Positions 29,601-38,199 of a DNA stretch of 64,000 nucleotides are shown piece after piece. A program made the translations under genes and the position numbers. The stretch covers positions 1-64,000 of the IMG/VR virus record IMGVR_UViG_3300030095_005813; one strand, written 5' to 3'. The stretch is from a virus. Its lineage: Duplodnaviria > Caudoviricetes. The notes below the pieces were generated by a model that saw only the letters and a program-made list of their open reading frames with translations, searched no databases and had not been told where the DNA came from. Numbering within the stretch: the stretch's first letter is position 1; the number at the start of each line of letters is the position of its first letter.

Positions 29601-32071
29601 AAAAATATGAATTTGTCCATAAAGTATCTACTGCACTTTCTGTTTTTAGTGGTCAGTGGAATTCATTCCCACTATGGCATCATTATCATCACATCGTAAG
29701 ATTTTTTAGTTCAGAAACAGAATTTAATATACCTAATTTATTACCAGACGGTATAAATCCACATTTATTCGATGGTGTGAATCCATTTAACAATAACTTG
29801 GGTGGCTTTAAAACAACAATAAGAGATTATTTAAGACAACTTTCGTTTAGTGACGGGGGTATAGCTACTTGGGAAGTTTATAATTGGACACAATGGTTAA
29901 AAGGTGGTTGTACGGGAGTGTTTTCAAATACTCCACCTAATTTACATAATAACTATAATAATAATGATTATACTGATGCATTTGGTGCTTTCGTTGCACC
30001 ACCAACTCAAGTTATAGGTAACTTAAATATCGATAATGAAACAGCTAGTAGTACAATAACATTTAATACTACATCGCCAGGACCAACTTGGTGGGACATA
30101 TGTAATTATCTAAACACATTTCCAGAATTAAAAACAACTGCTATTTCTTATATAGCTGCAAATGAAGGTGATAGTGACACTATTCTTTACTCAAGTCAAC
30201 CTATACAGACTGATGGTGCAATAATACAAGCTGGCTATTACCCTTCAAATCCTGAAACACCACTTCCTACAACATTTTTTCAACCTGGAGGGAGTTTATT
30301 TATTAAATTTGGAGGCTCAGCATTTATTGAAACTGCTGCTTTTGGACCACCACCTGAATCTCAAGGGTATGCATCCGGAACTTCATTTTTATCTATGATA
30401 AATGAATTAATTCAAGATGGGATTGAAGGAACAACCATTGATATTTATCCAGAAGACACGAATGGTAACGGTCAGTATCAAAATGCAGACGGAAGAATTT
30501 ATTTAGAAAGAAGTATAATTGCAGGCAATCCAGATTATAGACCATTACAATTAATTTCTTATGCTATGCAAAATAATCTTATGGGGGCATTGAATTACTT
30601 TCTACCTCCATCTTCATCACCTTTAGTTGCTGATGATACACCATCTATTAACACAACTGATTATGGACCGACTTTATTGCCAACTACGATTAATGCCTTA
30701 GGAATTTTTGATGGTAAAAATTCTGGTGTAAAAATATCTTCTGATAACAACTATGAAAACTTTACTAATATACATAATTATGATTCAGGGCGTGGCCTCT
30801 TACCAGGTACAGGTGGAAGTGGTATGAATACTCCAAGTTTACAGGATAATGGTTATCAACCAAAAAATAATTTTGGTGTCTTTGGCCAAAATATATTTAC
30901 ACAGAGTACGAATCCAACCAATCATCCTTATTATTTTACAATAACTAATGAAGAACCAAATAAAGCTTCTTCGTTAGAAATTTTTGATGTTAGTTGGGGG
31001 CATATAGATGGTTCAGGGTCATTAAAAAAAGGCCATACAAAATCACCTAGTGAAGCAATTTATAGACAAGCAGCAAATGAATTACTTGGAACTGGTAGTG
31101 CATTTTATTCAGTATCACAATCATTATTAATAGATGGTCAGATTATAACTGATGCAGACCAACCTCAATATATGAGAGGTAGTAAACCATCACCAGATAA
31201 ATATGTATGGGTGTTGAGGACAAAAGGTCAAGTACAACAAGGTACAGATTTAAATAAAAAATTCTATTTAAACATAAAAGGTAAAAATAGTAGTAATGGT
31301 GATGTTACACTACAATTACATTCTGGAAGACAGACTGCAGGAACAAGTGCAAATCTATATGGTTATAAATCTCAAACAAATGGATTAAGAAGATATTATT
31401 TATATCGTTTAGATAGTGATTCTCGGTATACAGCAACATTAGGTTGTTATGGATATTTTTATCCTCAAATAGGAACCGTAGTTTTAAATCCTAAAGCTGC
31501 AGAAATTTTTGATGGGACAGGTGCTACTACCGTGACTGAATTTAACGGTGCAGGAGCTGCTCATAATGGTTTATTACCGAATGGTATAAATAAAAGTGAT
31601 AAAGAATATAATAATGCATTAAAATTAGTTAATGTTTTGCGTAACCAAACTGGAGATGAAAATTCAATCAGTACTATCGTACCAGCAATTCATACTAAAA
31701 AACAACTGATAAATTATAGTAGTGATTTACAAACTAATAGTCAACCACAGCAAACTATTACTGCAGTAATAAGATTACGACCAACTGAATTTAATTTTAC
31801 TACTAATAAGACCAGATTAGTAGATTTAGGTGAACATAATGGTGAATTTAATACCTTTACTGCAAACGGTACATATAGTGCAGTAACACCAGCTGGTAGA
31901 GAAACTATGAAATATAATGAGAGTTTGGGTACTTACCCAACTACTTATATAACACATATTGATTTATATGATAGATATGGTTATAGAGTAGCTACTGCAA
32001 AATTAAGTACACCTATTAAAAAAGATTTTAATTCATCAGTAGTTATAAAAATACACATTAACTCATATTAG
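26648..32071 (+). CDS. large virion protein with C-terminus paralogous to 24206..25513
   Basis: Ends TYITHIDLYDRYGYRVATAKLSTPIKK; shares SEA.Y.Q and G.FYP..G..V blocks. Confidence 0.7.
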   Translation: MKIGLYDLGTPIEYGFTQENQLYYCNLHGSPSSNNYDVDYGNLFDRYYTITPYSGTEVFSNPVIRRRDYEQYFDTNQQYTSPGSALGAGPRQDAISKPYSTEGVLDCINTVNFPFGGGDNTYLQSFPANHTRFNSRLHSSIFTELLLHNVHTNYEEFLASSTPILYSSALDRITKTLFAGDSLQPIIETDIDSQFNAPRHEFVPAGKPYVKFRFESHFVDDTGITTSGEEKGVVEYFVLMNTFAHFGITQDADVPAEYRQSNGGDGIYTMVTNDGGLPVDSLISFLNSSVTNTFSRTDVNEMKMLFDAVGVSIPTIVADFQDTIFSVDWEDCLFNQPISDIKPFEAFPFPGRYNPTNETNKAPNYGWHPKSNENLTNKSSEELITDYQEYLSYFAYTGNHPYFFTIDNFYLQDYDILGLLPTNVSEFTRYNNYWSGNIGFYQWLADTTIAFENLLLQLESEENNSSTLLERKKIQIILERLNTYSSTDVDDDDLITWITPYLESSAPFSFEDEFSDIAWYLLHDEEGGQYEVEFFLRMFGPIAPRGYQPKCGVNYKQYFNLPDSIDIGPDGHAENYTGGEGVVPFIFNGGLNVGSTETVDTYLGYDASQLLTNYDVAQNISPYAAINLFDLELWKLFYDAQNYNVRIESFIHNEYTSGGQLEPFQTIDIPSPPLNPIINGDGYQTYRTDETRFATLEGSGDYTPIQWPFEDLPVNGLNPNGPSFSGLSPFNETVHPSLAVLYGGLFPNSSHAYSWSNNSIQNAGGTINTPDLTEWTAAALGNPDWRIYRVRKITMYDDDWINRFENCNPFGQYQINTETIINQDGTTQDVQYFWYVEGYVTAQGVYPSNSPEEAFYTYPSINYFRDQFPGYGNNQNNNNFNPGESNQNAPTLQQGEFYVFTHANVPGITNTTNSEPNYVALEPTTFSSDVIMNTAVVNEAYNVGYYYNTYTPRPDSSFALYGRHPVEYNLDFVRDNSILSPIEYEKYEFVHKVSTALSVFSGQWNSFPLWHHYHHIVRFFSSETEFNIPNLLPDGINPHLFDGVNPFNNNLGGFKTTIRDYLRQLSFSDGGIATWEVYNWTQWLKGGCTGVFSNTPPNLHNNYNNNDYTDAFGAFVAPPTQVIGNLNIDNETASSTITFNTTSPGPTWWDICNYLNTFPELKTTAISYIAANEGDSDTILYSSQPIQTDGAIIQAGYYPSNPETPLPTTFFQPGGSLFIKFGGSAFIETAAFGPPPESQGYASGTSFLSMINELIQDGIEGTTIDIYPEDTNGNGQYQNADGRIYLERSIIAGNPDYRPLQLISYAMQNNLMGALNYFLPPSSSPLVADDTPSINTTDYGPTLLPTTINALGIFDGKNSGVKISSDNNYENFTNIHNYDSGRGLLPGTGGSGMNTPSLQDNGYQPKNNFGVFGQNIFTQSTNPTNHPYYFTITNEEPNKASSLEIFDVSWGHIDGSGSLKKGHTKSPSEAIYRQAANELLGTGSAFYSVSQSLLIDGQIITDADQPQYMRGSKPSPDKYVWVLRTKGQVQQGTDLNKKFYLNIKGKNSSNGDVTLQLHSGRQTAGTSANLYGYKSQTNGLRRYYLYRLDSDSRYTATLGCYGYFYPQIGTVVLNPKAAEIFDGTGATTVTEFNGAGAAHNGLLPNGINKSDKEYNNALKLVNVLRNQTGDENSISTIVPAIHTKKQLINYSSDLQTNSQPQQTITAVIRLRPTEFNFTTNKTRLVDLGEHNGEFNTFTANGTYSAVTPAGRETMKYNESLGTYPTTYITHIDLYDRYGYRVATAKLSTPIKKDFNSSVVIKIHINSY

Positions 32072-32078
32072 GAGGCAA

Positions 32079-32588
32079 ATGGTTATATTAGGTTTAGATG
32101 CATCGACAACTTGTGTCGGATATGCATTCACACAAGATAAGAAGATTCTCGATATGGGATTCATCGACATCAAAAAAGAAAAAACACCCAAAGATAAAGT
32201 GCAGAAAGTTCTTGAATATTTGAATAATATTTCGTATATTGATAATGTTGAACATATTAACATTGAAGACAATCTATCAGGTTTTGCTGGTGGAAGAACT
32301 TCACAACAAGTTATTATCAAATTAGCAAAATTTAATGCAATACTTTGTTTTATGTTGGAACAATTTGATTTTAAAGTTCACAATATAAACCCAATGACTG
32401 CTAGAAAGAATGTATTTGGAAAAGCTAGAGTCAAAGGTAAAAAGGCAAAAGAATTTGTACAAGAAGAAATAGAAAAAATGTACAATACTAAAAAATGGTG
32501 TAAAGAAACTACACGAGGAAATTGGGATAAAAGGAATATTGATATGTACGATGGTTTAGTAATGTCACTTTTTGAAAAAAAAGCTTGA
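32079..32588 (+). CDS. RuvC-like Holliday junction resolvase
   Basis: ILGLDASTTCVGY, INIED, C-terminal DMYDG acidic residues. Confidence 0.85.
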   Translation: MVILGLDASTTCVGYAFTQDKKILDMGFIDIKKEKTPKDKVQKVLEYLNNISYIDNVEHINIEDNLSGFAGGRTSQQVIIKLAKFNAILCFMLEQFDFKVHNINPMTARKNVFGKARVKGKKAKEFVQEEIEKMYNTKKWCKETTRGNWDKRNIDMYDGLVMSLFEKKA

Positions 32589-32614
32589 CTCATATACTAA
32601 ATCTTTCGTATATT
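32585..32614 (+). promoter_or_regulatory. sigma70-type promoter, probably giving a leaderless primase mRNA
   Basis: AAAGC-TTGACT-N18-TATATT; ATG 32622 follows after 7 nt with no SD. Confidence 0.7.
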
Positions 32615-32621
32615 GTTATAA

Positions 32622-33542
32622 ATGTATAAGTACGAATTAGTCACATTACTGGAAAAAGTATTAATGAAAAGCTATGAAATGAAAAATGGTGAGCATGCTT
32701 TTCATTGCCCTTTTTGTAATCATCATAAAAAGAAACTACAAGTCAATTGTGAAACACAAAAGTGGCATTGCTGGGTTTGTAATCAAGGTGGACACAAAAT
32801 TGGAATACTTTTAAGAAAACTAAATGCACCTAAAAACATCATTTCAGAAGTTTTAAAGATACTTGGTGACTATAAAGGTGTTAAACACGAAAAAGATGAA
32901 AAGACAGAATATGATGTATCATTACCACAATGTTATCAACCACTTTGGAAAAAATCAGATGACCCATTATATAAAAATGCAATTGCGTATTTAAAGAGAA
33001 GAGGTATTACTGGTATAGATATTCTTCGTTATTCAATAGGGTTTTGTTCGTCAAATGGTTATTCTAATCGTATCATTATACCGAGTTATGATGCTGATGG
33101 TAAATTGAATTACTTTATAGCGAGAGATATGTTTCCTAATTCTAAGTTTAAATATAAGAATCCACCAATGTCAAAAGATACGGTGTGTTTTGAAATGTTT
33201 ATAAATTGGAATGAACCTATTGTTTTATGTGAAGGTGTGTTTGATGCCATATCAATTAGGAGAAATGTAATACCTTTATTGGGAAAATTTCCAAGTAAAA
33301 CATTAGTTAAAAGATTAGTAGAAAAGAAAGTAAAAAAGATATATGTTGCATTAGATGAAGATGCAAAAAAAGATGCAATCAAATTATCAAAATTTTTAAT
33401 GGATTATGGCATACAAACATATATGTTAAACTTAAAAGAAAAAGACCCATCAGAATTAGGTTTTAGTAATTTCTGGAAAATAATAAAAAACTCAAAACAA
33501 TCTAAATTTTCAGATATAATTAGGGAGAGATTAAATGGATAA
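32622..33542 (+). CDS. DNA primase (zinc finger plus Toprim)
   Basis: CPFC...HCWVC, YLKRRGI, RIIIP, CEGVFDA, ALDEDA, KDPSE. Confidence 0.92.
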   Translation: MYKYELVTLLEKVLMKSYEMKNGEHAFHCPFCNHHKKKLQVNCETQKWHCWVCNQGGHKIGILLRKLNAPKNIISEVLKILGDYKGVKHEKDEKTEYDVSLPQCYQPLWKKSDDPLYKNAIAYLKRRGITGIDILRYSIGFCSSNGYSNRIIIPSYDADGKLNYFIARDMFPNSKFKYKNPPMSKDTVCFEMFINWNEPIVLCEGVFDAISIRRNVIPLLGKFPSKTLVKRLVEKKVKKIYVALDEDAKKDAIKLSKFLMDYGIQTYMLNLKEKDPSELGFSNFWKIIKNSKQSKFSDIIRERLNG

Positions 33543-34047
33543 AAAATTTAACACTATCGATTGGAGAAAGTCAGTAATAATATTAAGTGGTGGGTTTGAC
33601 CCAATACACAAAGGACATATGAGAATGTTCAGAGAAGCCAGTAATTTAGGACATCAAGTAATTGTAGGATTAAATTCAGATGATTGGTTAACAAGAAAAA
33701 AAGGTAAACCATTTATGAAGTTCTACGAAAGAAAAGAAATCTTAGAAGGTATTAAGTATATAAGTAATGTTGTTAAGTTTGATGATTCAGATGATACAGC
33801 TCGTTCTTTAATACATCAAGTAAGAAGTACATACAATGGTGGAATGTTTAATCACGATTGGGAGGGTAACAACCCAACAGGAAGAAAAGACTATGAAATT
33901 TATTTTGCAAATGGTGGAGATAGAGGTAAAGGTAACACACCTGAAATGGATACTTGTAGAAAATTAGATGTTACTATGTTATGGAATATAGGTGGTGGTA
34001 AAATTCAATCATCATCTTGGTTAATTAATGGAGGTAAAGATGAATAA
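33535..34047 (+). CDS. cytidylyltransferase-family nucleotidyltransferase (TagD/RfaE-like)
   Basis: SGGFDPIHKGH (HxGH), VGLNSD, FANGGDR, KIQSSS. Confidence 0.9.
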   Translation: MDKKFNTIDWRKSVIILSGGFDPIHKGHMRMFREASNLGHQVIVGLNSDDWLTRKKGKPFMKFYERKEILEGIKYISNVVKFDDSDDTARSLIHQVRSTYNGGMFNHDWEGNNPTGRKDYEIYFANGGDRGKGNTPEMDTCRKLDVTMLWNIGGGKIQSSSWLINGGKDE

Positions 34048-34768
34048 AGTTTTTATATTTGATGTTGATGGAACATTGACACCATCAAGACTACCAATGA
34101 CAGAAGAGTTTCAAAAGTTCTTTCAGAAATGGGTAACTAAAAATAAATTTTATTTAGTTACGGGTAGTGATTTACCTAAACTACAAGAACAAATGTGTTT
34201 ATATGATATTGAAGCTGAAGGTATATTTACTTGTTGTGGTAATCAATATTGGAAACCAGACCCAAGTATTGTAAATGTAAGTGCAGAATTGATTTATGAA
34301 AACAAATTTGAATTGCCACCACACTTGGATTTATTTTTAAATATCGTGTTGAAACAATCTCCTTATCCTCATCGTTATGGTAATCATATTGAAGACAGAG
34401 GTTCAATGGTAAACTTCAGTATTGTTGGTAGAGATTGTACTCAAGAACAGAGAGAAGAGTTTTTTGAATGGGATAATGAAAATAATGAAAGAGAAAGAAT
34501 AGCAAATATTATAAAAAGTAAAGCTACAGGTATAGATGCTGTCATAGGTGGGCAAATATCAATTGATATTTATCCAGAAGGTTGTGACAAATCACAAATA
34601 TTAAAACATATTGAAGCTGACGAATATGTATTTATAGGTGATAGAACAGAAGAAGGTGGTAATGATTATCCTCTTGCAAAGTTAATGGAAGGGAAAGATA
34701 ATTGTAGTTTTTATCAAACAGAAGGATGGGAAGAAACACAAAAAATATTGGAGAAGTTGAGTGATTAA
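34040..34768 (+). CDS. HAD-IIB phosphomannomutase (eukaryote-type PMM family)
   Basis: FDVDGTLT, VTGSD, IEDRGSMVNFS, GGQISIDIYP, FIGD...GGNDY; GGAGG SD favours ATG 34040. Confidence 0.88.
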   Translation: MNKVFIFDVDGTLTPSRLPMTEEFQKFFQKWVTKNKFYLVTGSDLPKLQEQMCLYDIEAEGIFTCCGNQYWKPDPSIVNVSAELIYENKFELPPHLDLFLNIVLKQSPYPHRYGNHIEDRGSMVNFSIVGRDCTQEQREEFFEWDNENNERERIANIIKSKATGIDAVIGGQISIDIYPEGCDKSQILKHIEADEYVFIGDRTEEGGNDYPLAKLMEGKDNCSFYQTEGWEETQKILEKLSD

Positions 34769-37700
34769 AACGATTGCACATTTAGCGGATATACATATTC
34801 GTAAATTACATAGATTTGTAGAATACAGACAAGTATTTAAAAATCTATATAAACAATTAAAAGAATTAAAACCAGATGCTATATACATTGGTGGTGATGT
34901 GGTTCACGGAAAATTAGATACCTCACCCGAAGAAGTCAGAATGGTTGCAAACTTCTTTTTAGAATTATGTAAGATTGCTCCTACGATTATCATACCAGGT
35001 AATCACGATTGTAATCTAAACAACAAATCGAGAGAAGATACACTTTCACCTATTGTTGATTTAGTTAAAAAGATTACACCAGATTTACACTATTGGAAAA
35101 AGACAGGTGTTTACACAATGGATAATGTTGACTTTGCTCATTTGTCTATATTTGATATTGATAAAGAGGGTAAACAAAGAACTGATACTTTACCTTCTCC
35201 TGATAATCATACAGAACAAATCAAGATTGCATTATTCCATGGTGGAGTAGATAAACATTTATACGACAATAACTTTGCTGTTACTGATGATAGAGTATCT
35301 AATGAAACATTTGAAGGATATGATTTAGTTTTATTAGGTGATATACATAAAAGACAATTCTTGAATGAAGAAGAAACAATTGCATATCCTGGTTCATTGA
35401 TTCAACAAAACTATTCTGAAGACCCAAGTCACGGATTCTTATTATGGGATTTAGATAAAAAGAAAGCAACATATCATCAAGTAGAAAATGAATATGGATA
35501 TAAAATATTACAAGTTGTAGATGGTGTAATTCAAAACAAAATGAATTTTATTCCACCAAAAGGTAGTATTAAAATTAAATATACTAATACAACACTTGAA
35601 CAAATAAAAGATATACAAATGGATATAAGAAAACAATATCCGAAGTTAAAAGATGTTGTAACTGAAAGACAAGATAATATATCTATTGGTTCTGATAGAG
35701 AGAATAAGTTGGATATAGGTGATGTAAGAGATATAAATTATCAGAATGAATTAATCGAAGATTTCTTGAAAAGAAATGTAGAAGGAATACACGAAGAAAC
35801 AATCAAGAGAGTACAACACATAAATGATATGACTAACAATTCACCAGAAATCTATGATGGTGATATTACGAGAAATGTAGATTGGAAAATCAAGTCATTT
35901 GAATTTGATAATATGTTTTGTTATGGTAAAGGTAATAAAATAGACTTTGAAAAACTTGATGGGACGATTGGTGTAGTTGCACCTAACCATAGTGGTAAGT
36001 CGGCTATAATGGATGCAATCGCTTACACAATCTATGATGTATGTTCAAGAACAACACGAGCTATAGATGTTATGAATAAAAAGAAACAAACATTTAAAGC
36101 AAGATTAAATCTGGAAATCAACGGTGTAGATTATTGGATTGAAAGAGATGCTAAGTATAAAGTAAGAAGACATAAAGATGGTAAGAAGACTCATATGTGT
36201 CCAGTTAAAGTTCGTTTCTATATGATAGACGAGGGTGGAGAAGAAGTAGATTTAAGTGGAGCGGCTAGATTTAATTCTCAGTATGGTAGTGGTACAAACG
36301 AGGAAATCAAGAAAGTGTTAGGAACATTTGACGACTTCATTTTAACATCATTATCGCTACAAACCAATGGTATGAACTTCCTTGACAAAAAACAAGCTGA
36401 AAGGAAAAAAATTCTTTCTACTTTTATGGACATTGAGGTGTTTGAACAACTCGAAACCATAGCCAAATCTGATTCAAATGAAGAACGAGTTATGTTACGA
36501 CAATTTCAAAAGAAAGATTCTTATAAAGAATTGGGTACAATTAATCAAAGAATTATTGAAATGGAAAAAGATGAAGAAGAGTTAAGCACAAAAGATAAAT
36601 CAATTAGTGACGACTTAACTAAATTAGAAAAAGATAAAATTGAATTAGTTAGAAAGTTGTATAAAATAGATGAAACTTATGATATAGACGAATTAAGTAC
36701 TCTTAAAAGTAGTCTTACAACTGAAAAACAAGATTTAAAAAAACAACTCAAAGATGATAAAGAATACAAAGAACAGCTTCGTCCAATGTATATGGATTAT
36801 CATAAAAAATTAGCTGAGATTGATGAAGAAAAAATACAAGAAGAATATGATGAATATAAAGAATTAAAAAAAGATTTAAGAGACTTAGAAAGTGCTTTAA
36901 GATTGAATGAATCAAAAACTAAATCTTTAAATCATCACAATTCTGATTTGATGAAATTTACTTATGATGAAGATTGTGAATTTTGTATTAAAAATGGTAA
37001 AGAACAAATACACGAACAAGAAGAAATACAGAATAAAATAAAGGAATTATTTGATGAACATTCTAATTTAACAGCTCATTATAAAAAAACTTCATATAGT
37101 TTAGAAAAGTTAGGTGACGCTGAAGAAAGAAATAAAGATTTTAAAATATTCTCAGATGAATTAAATCAAATACAACACGATGCTGTTAAGATTGGTGGAA
37201 AGATTTCTACACAAGAAAGTAGATTAAAACATATTGAAAGTGAGTTAACTAATGTAGAATCAAGTATTAAACGATACTATCAATTAGAAGAAAAGATTGA
37301 AAACAACAATAAGTTAAATGATAAAATATCTACTTTAACTACGGAAATATCTAAACTGCAAATGGCAGGTATAGAAGTGGATAAAAAATATAAACAAGTT
37401 CTTTCCACATTATCAGTAGCTAAAAATCAAAAACAACAGATAGAAGACGATATACAAAATCTTGTTGATATAGAACAAAAGATATTAGATTATGATTTAT
37501 ACTTAATGGCATTATCCAAAGATGGTGTCCCATATGAATTAATCTCAAAAGCTATCCCTTCAATAGAAAGAGAAATTAATTATGTATTGGAGAATATGAA
37601 TGCTGGTTTCCACATTGAATTAGAGATGAAAGACAAAATGATTGATGCCTTTATATGTTATGGTGAAACAAAATGGAATCTTGAATTATCATCAGGTATG

Positions 37701-37964
37701 GAAAGATTTGTATCTTCATTAGCTATCAGGATTGGATTAATCAATGTATCAACATTACCTCGTCCTAACTTCATTATTGTAGATGAGGGATTCGGTGCTT
37801 TAGATTCTGATAACATCGCTAATATGCAGGGAGCATTTCAATACTTGAGAACTCAATTTGATTTCACAATGATTATAACTCACTTAGATACAATCAAAGA
37901 TTATATGGATATGTTGATTCCGATTAATGTTAAAAATGGACTAAGTAAAGTTACTTTTGTATAA
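34761..37964 (+). CDS. fused Mre11/SbcD nuclease and Rad50/SbcC ATPase (gp47-gp46-like)
   Basis: DIH, GGD, PGNHD, GDIH, YPGS; Walker A NHSGKS; CEFC zinc hook; LSSGME signature; VDEGFGALD; ITH. Confidence 0.93.
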   Translation: MIKTIAHLADIHIRKLHRFVEYRQVFKNLYKQLKELKPDAIYIGGDVVHGKLDTSPEEVRMVANFFLELCKIAPTIIIPGNHDCNLNNKSREDTLSPIVDLVKKITPDLHYWKKTGVYTMDNVDFAHLSIFDIDKEGKQRTDTLPSPDNHTEQIKIALFHGGVDKHLYDNNFAVTDDRVSNETFEGYDLVLLGDIHKRQFLNEEETIAYPGSLIQQNYSEDPSHGFLLWDLDKKKATYHQVENEYGYKILQVVDGVIQNKMNFIPPKGSIKIKYTNTTLEQIKDIQMDIRKQYPKLKDVVTERQDNISIGSDRENKLDIGDVRDINYQNELIEDFLKRNVEGIHEETIKRVQHINDMTNNSPEIYDGDITRNVDWKIKSFEFDNMFCYGKGNKIDFEKLDGTIGVVAPNHSGKSAIMDAIAYTIYDVCSRTTRAIDVMNKKKQTFKARLNLEINGVDYWIERDAKYKVRRHKDGKKTHMCPVKVRFYMIDEGGEEVDLSGAARFNSQYGSGTNEEIKKVLGTFDDFILTSLSLQTNGMNFLDKKQAERKKILSTFMDIEVFEQLETIAKSDSNEERVMLRQFQKKDSYKELGTINQRIIEMEKDEEELSTKDKSISDDLTKLEKDKIELVRKLYKIDETYDIDELSTLKSSLTTEKQDLKKQLKDDKEYKEQLRPMYMDYHKKLAEIDEEKIQEEYDEYKELKKDLRDLESALRLNESKTKSLNHHNSDLMKFTYDEDCEFCIKNGKEQIHEQEEIQNKIKELFDEHSNLTAHYKKTSYSLEKLGDAEERNKDFKIFSDELNQIQHDAVKIGGKISTQESRLKHIESELTNVESSIKRYYQLEEKIENNNKLNDKISTLTTEISKLQMAGIEVDKKYKQVLSTLSVAKNQKQQIEDDIQNLVDIEQKILDYDLYLMALSKDGVPYELISKAIPSIEREINYVLENMNAGFHIELEMKDKMIDAFICYGETKWNLELSSGMERFVSSLAIRIGLINVSTLPRPNFIIVDEGFGALDSDNIANMQGAFQYLRTQFDFTMIITHLDTIKDYMDMLIPINVKNGLSKVTFV

Positions 37965-38118
37965 TTGGTAATTTTTTACCTTTAGTACTATTATTGTGTA
38001 GATAATCATACAAAATTCTTGTTACATTAGCAGAAATAGTTAACCCACGGTTTTTACTATCCTCTTCTAACCTATCGTCAATTTCTGGTGATAATGATAT
38101 ACTTCTAATTTTCTTCAT
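37951..38118 (-). CDS. ribbon-helix-helix (CopG/Arc-like) DNA-binding protein, 55 aa, not in ORF track
   Basis: MKKIRSISLSPEIDDRLEEDSKNRGLTISANVTRILYDYL: beta strand, helix, G-x-T-x-S turn, helix. Confidence 0.75.
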   Translation of the reverse strand: MKKIRSISLSPEIDDRLEEDSKNRGLTISANVTRILYDYLHNNSTKGKKLPIIQK

Positions 38119-38199
38119 ATTAATAATTATTAATTTTTATTAAAAATACAAACATTTAATTAATTTTGATATTTATTAGTATAATAATGGAGAATTTTC

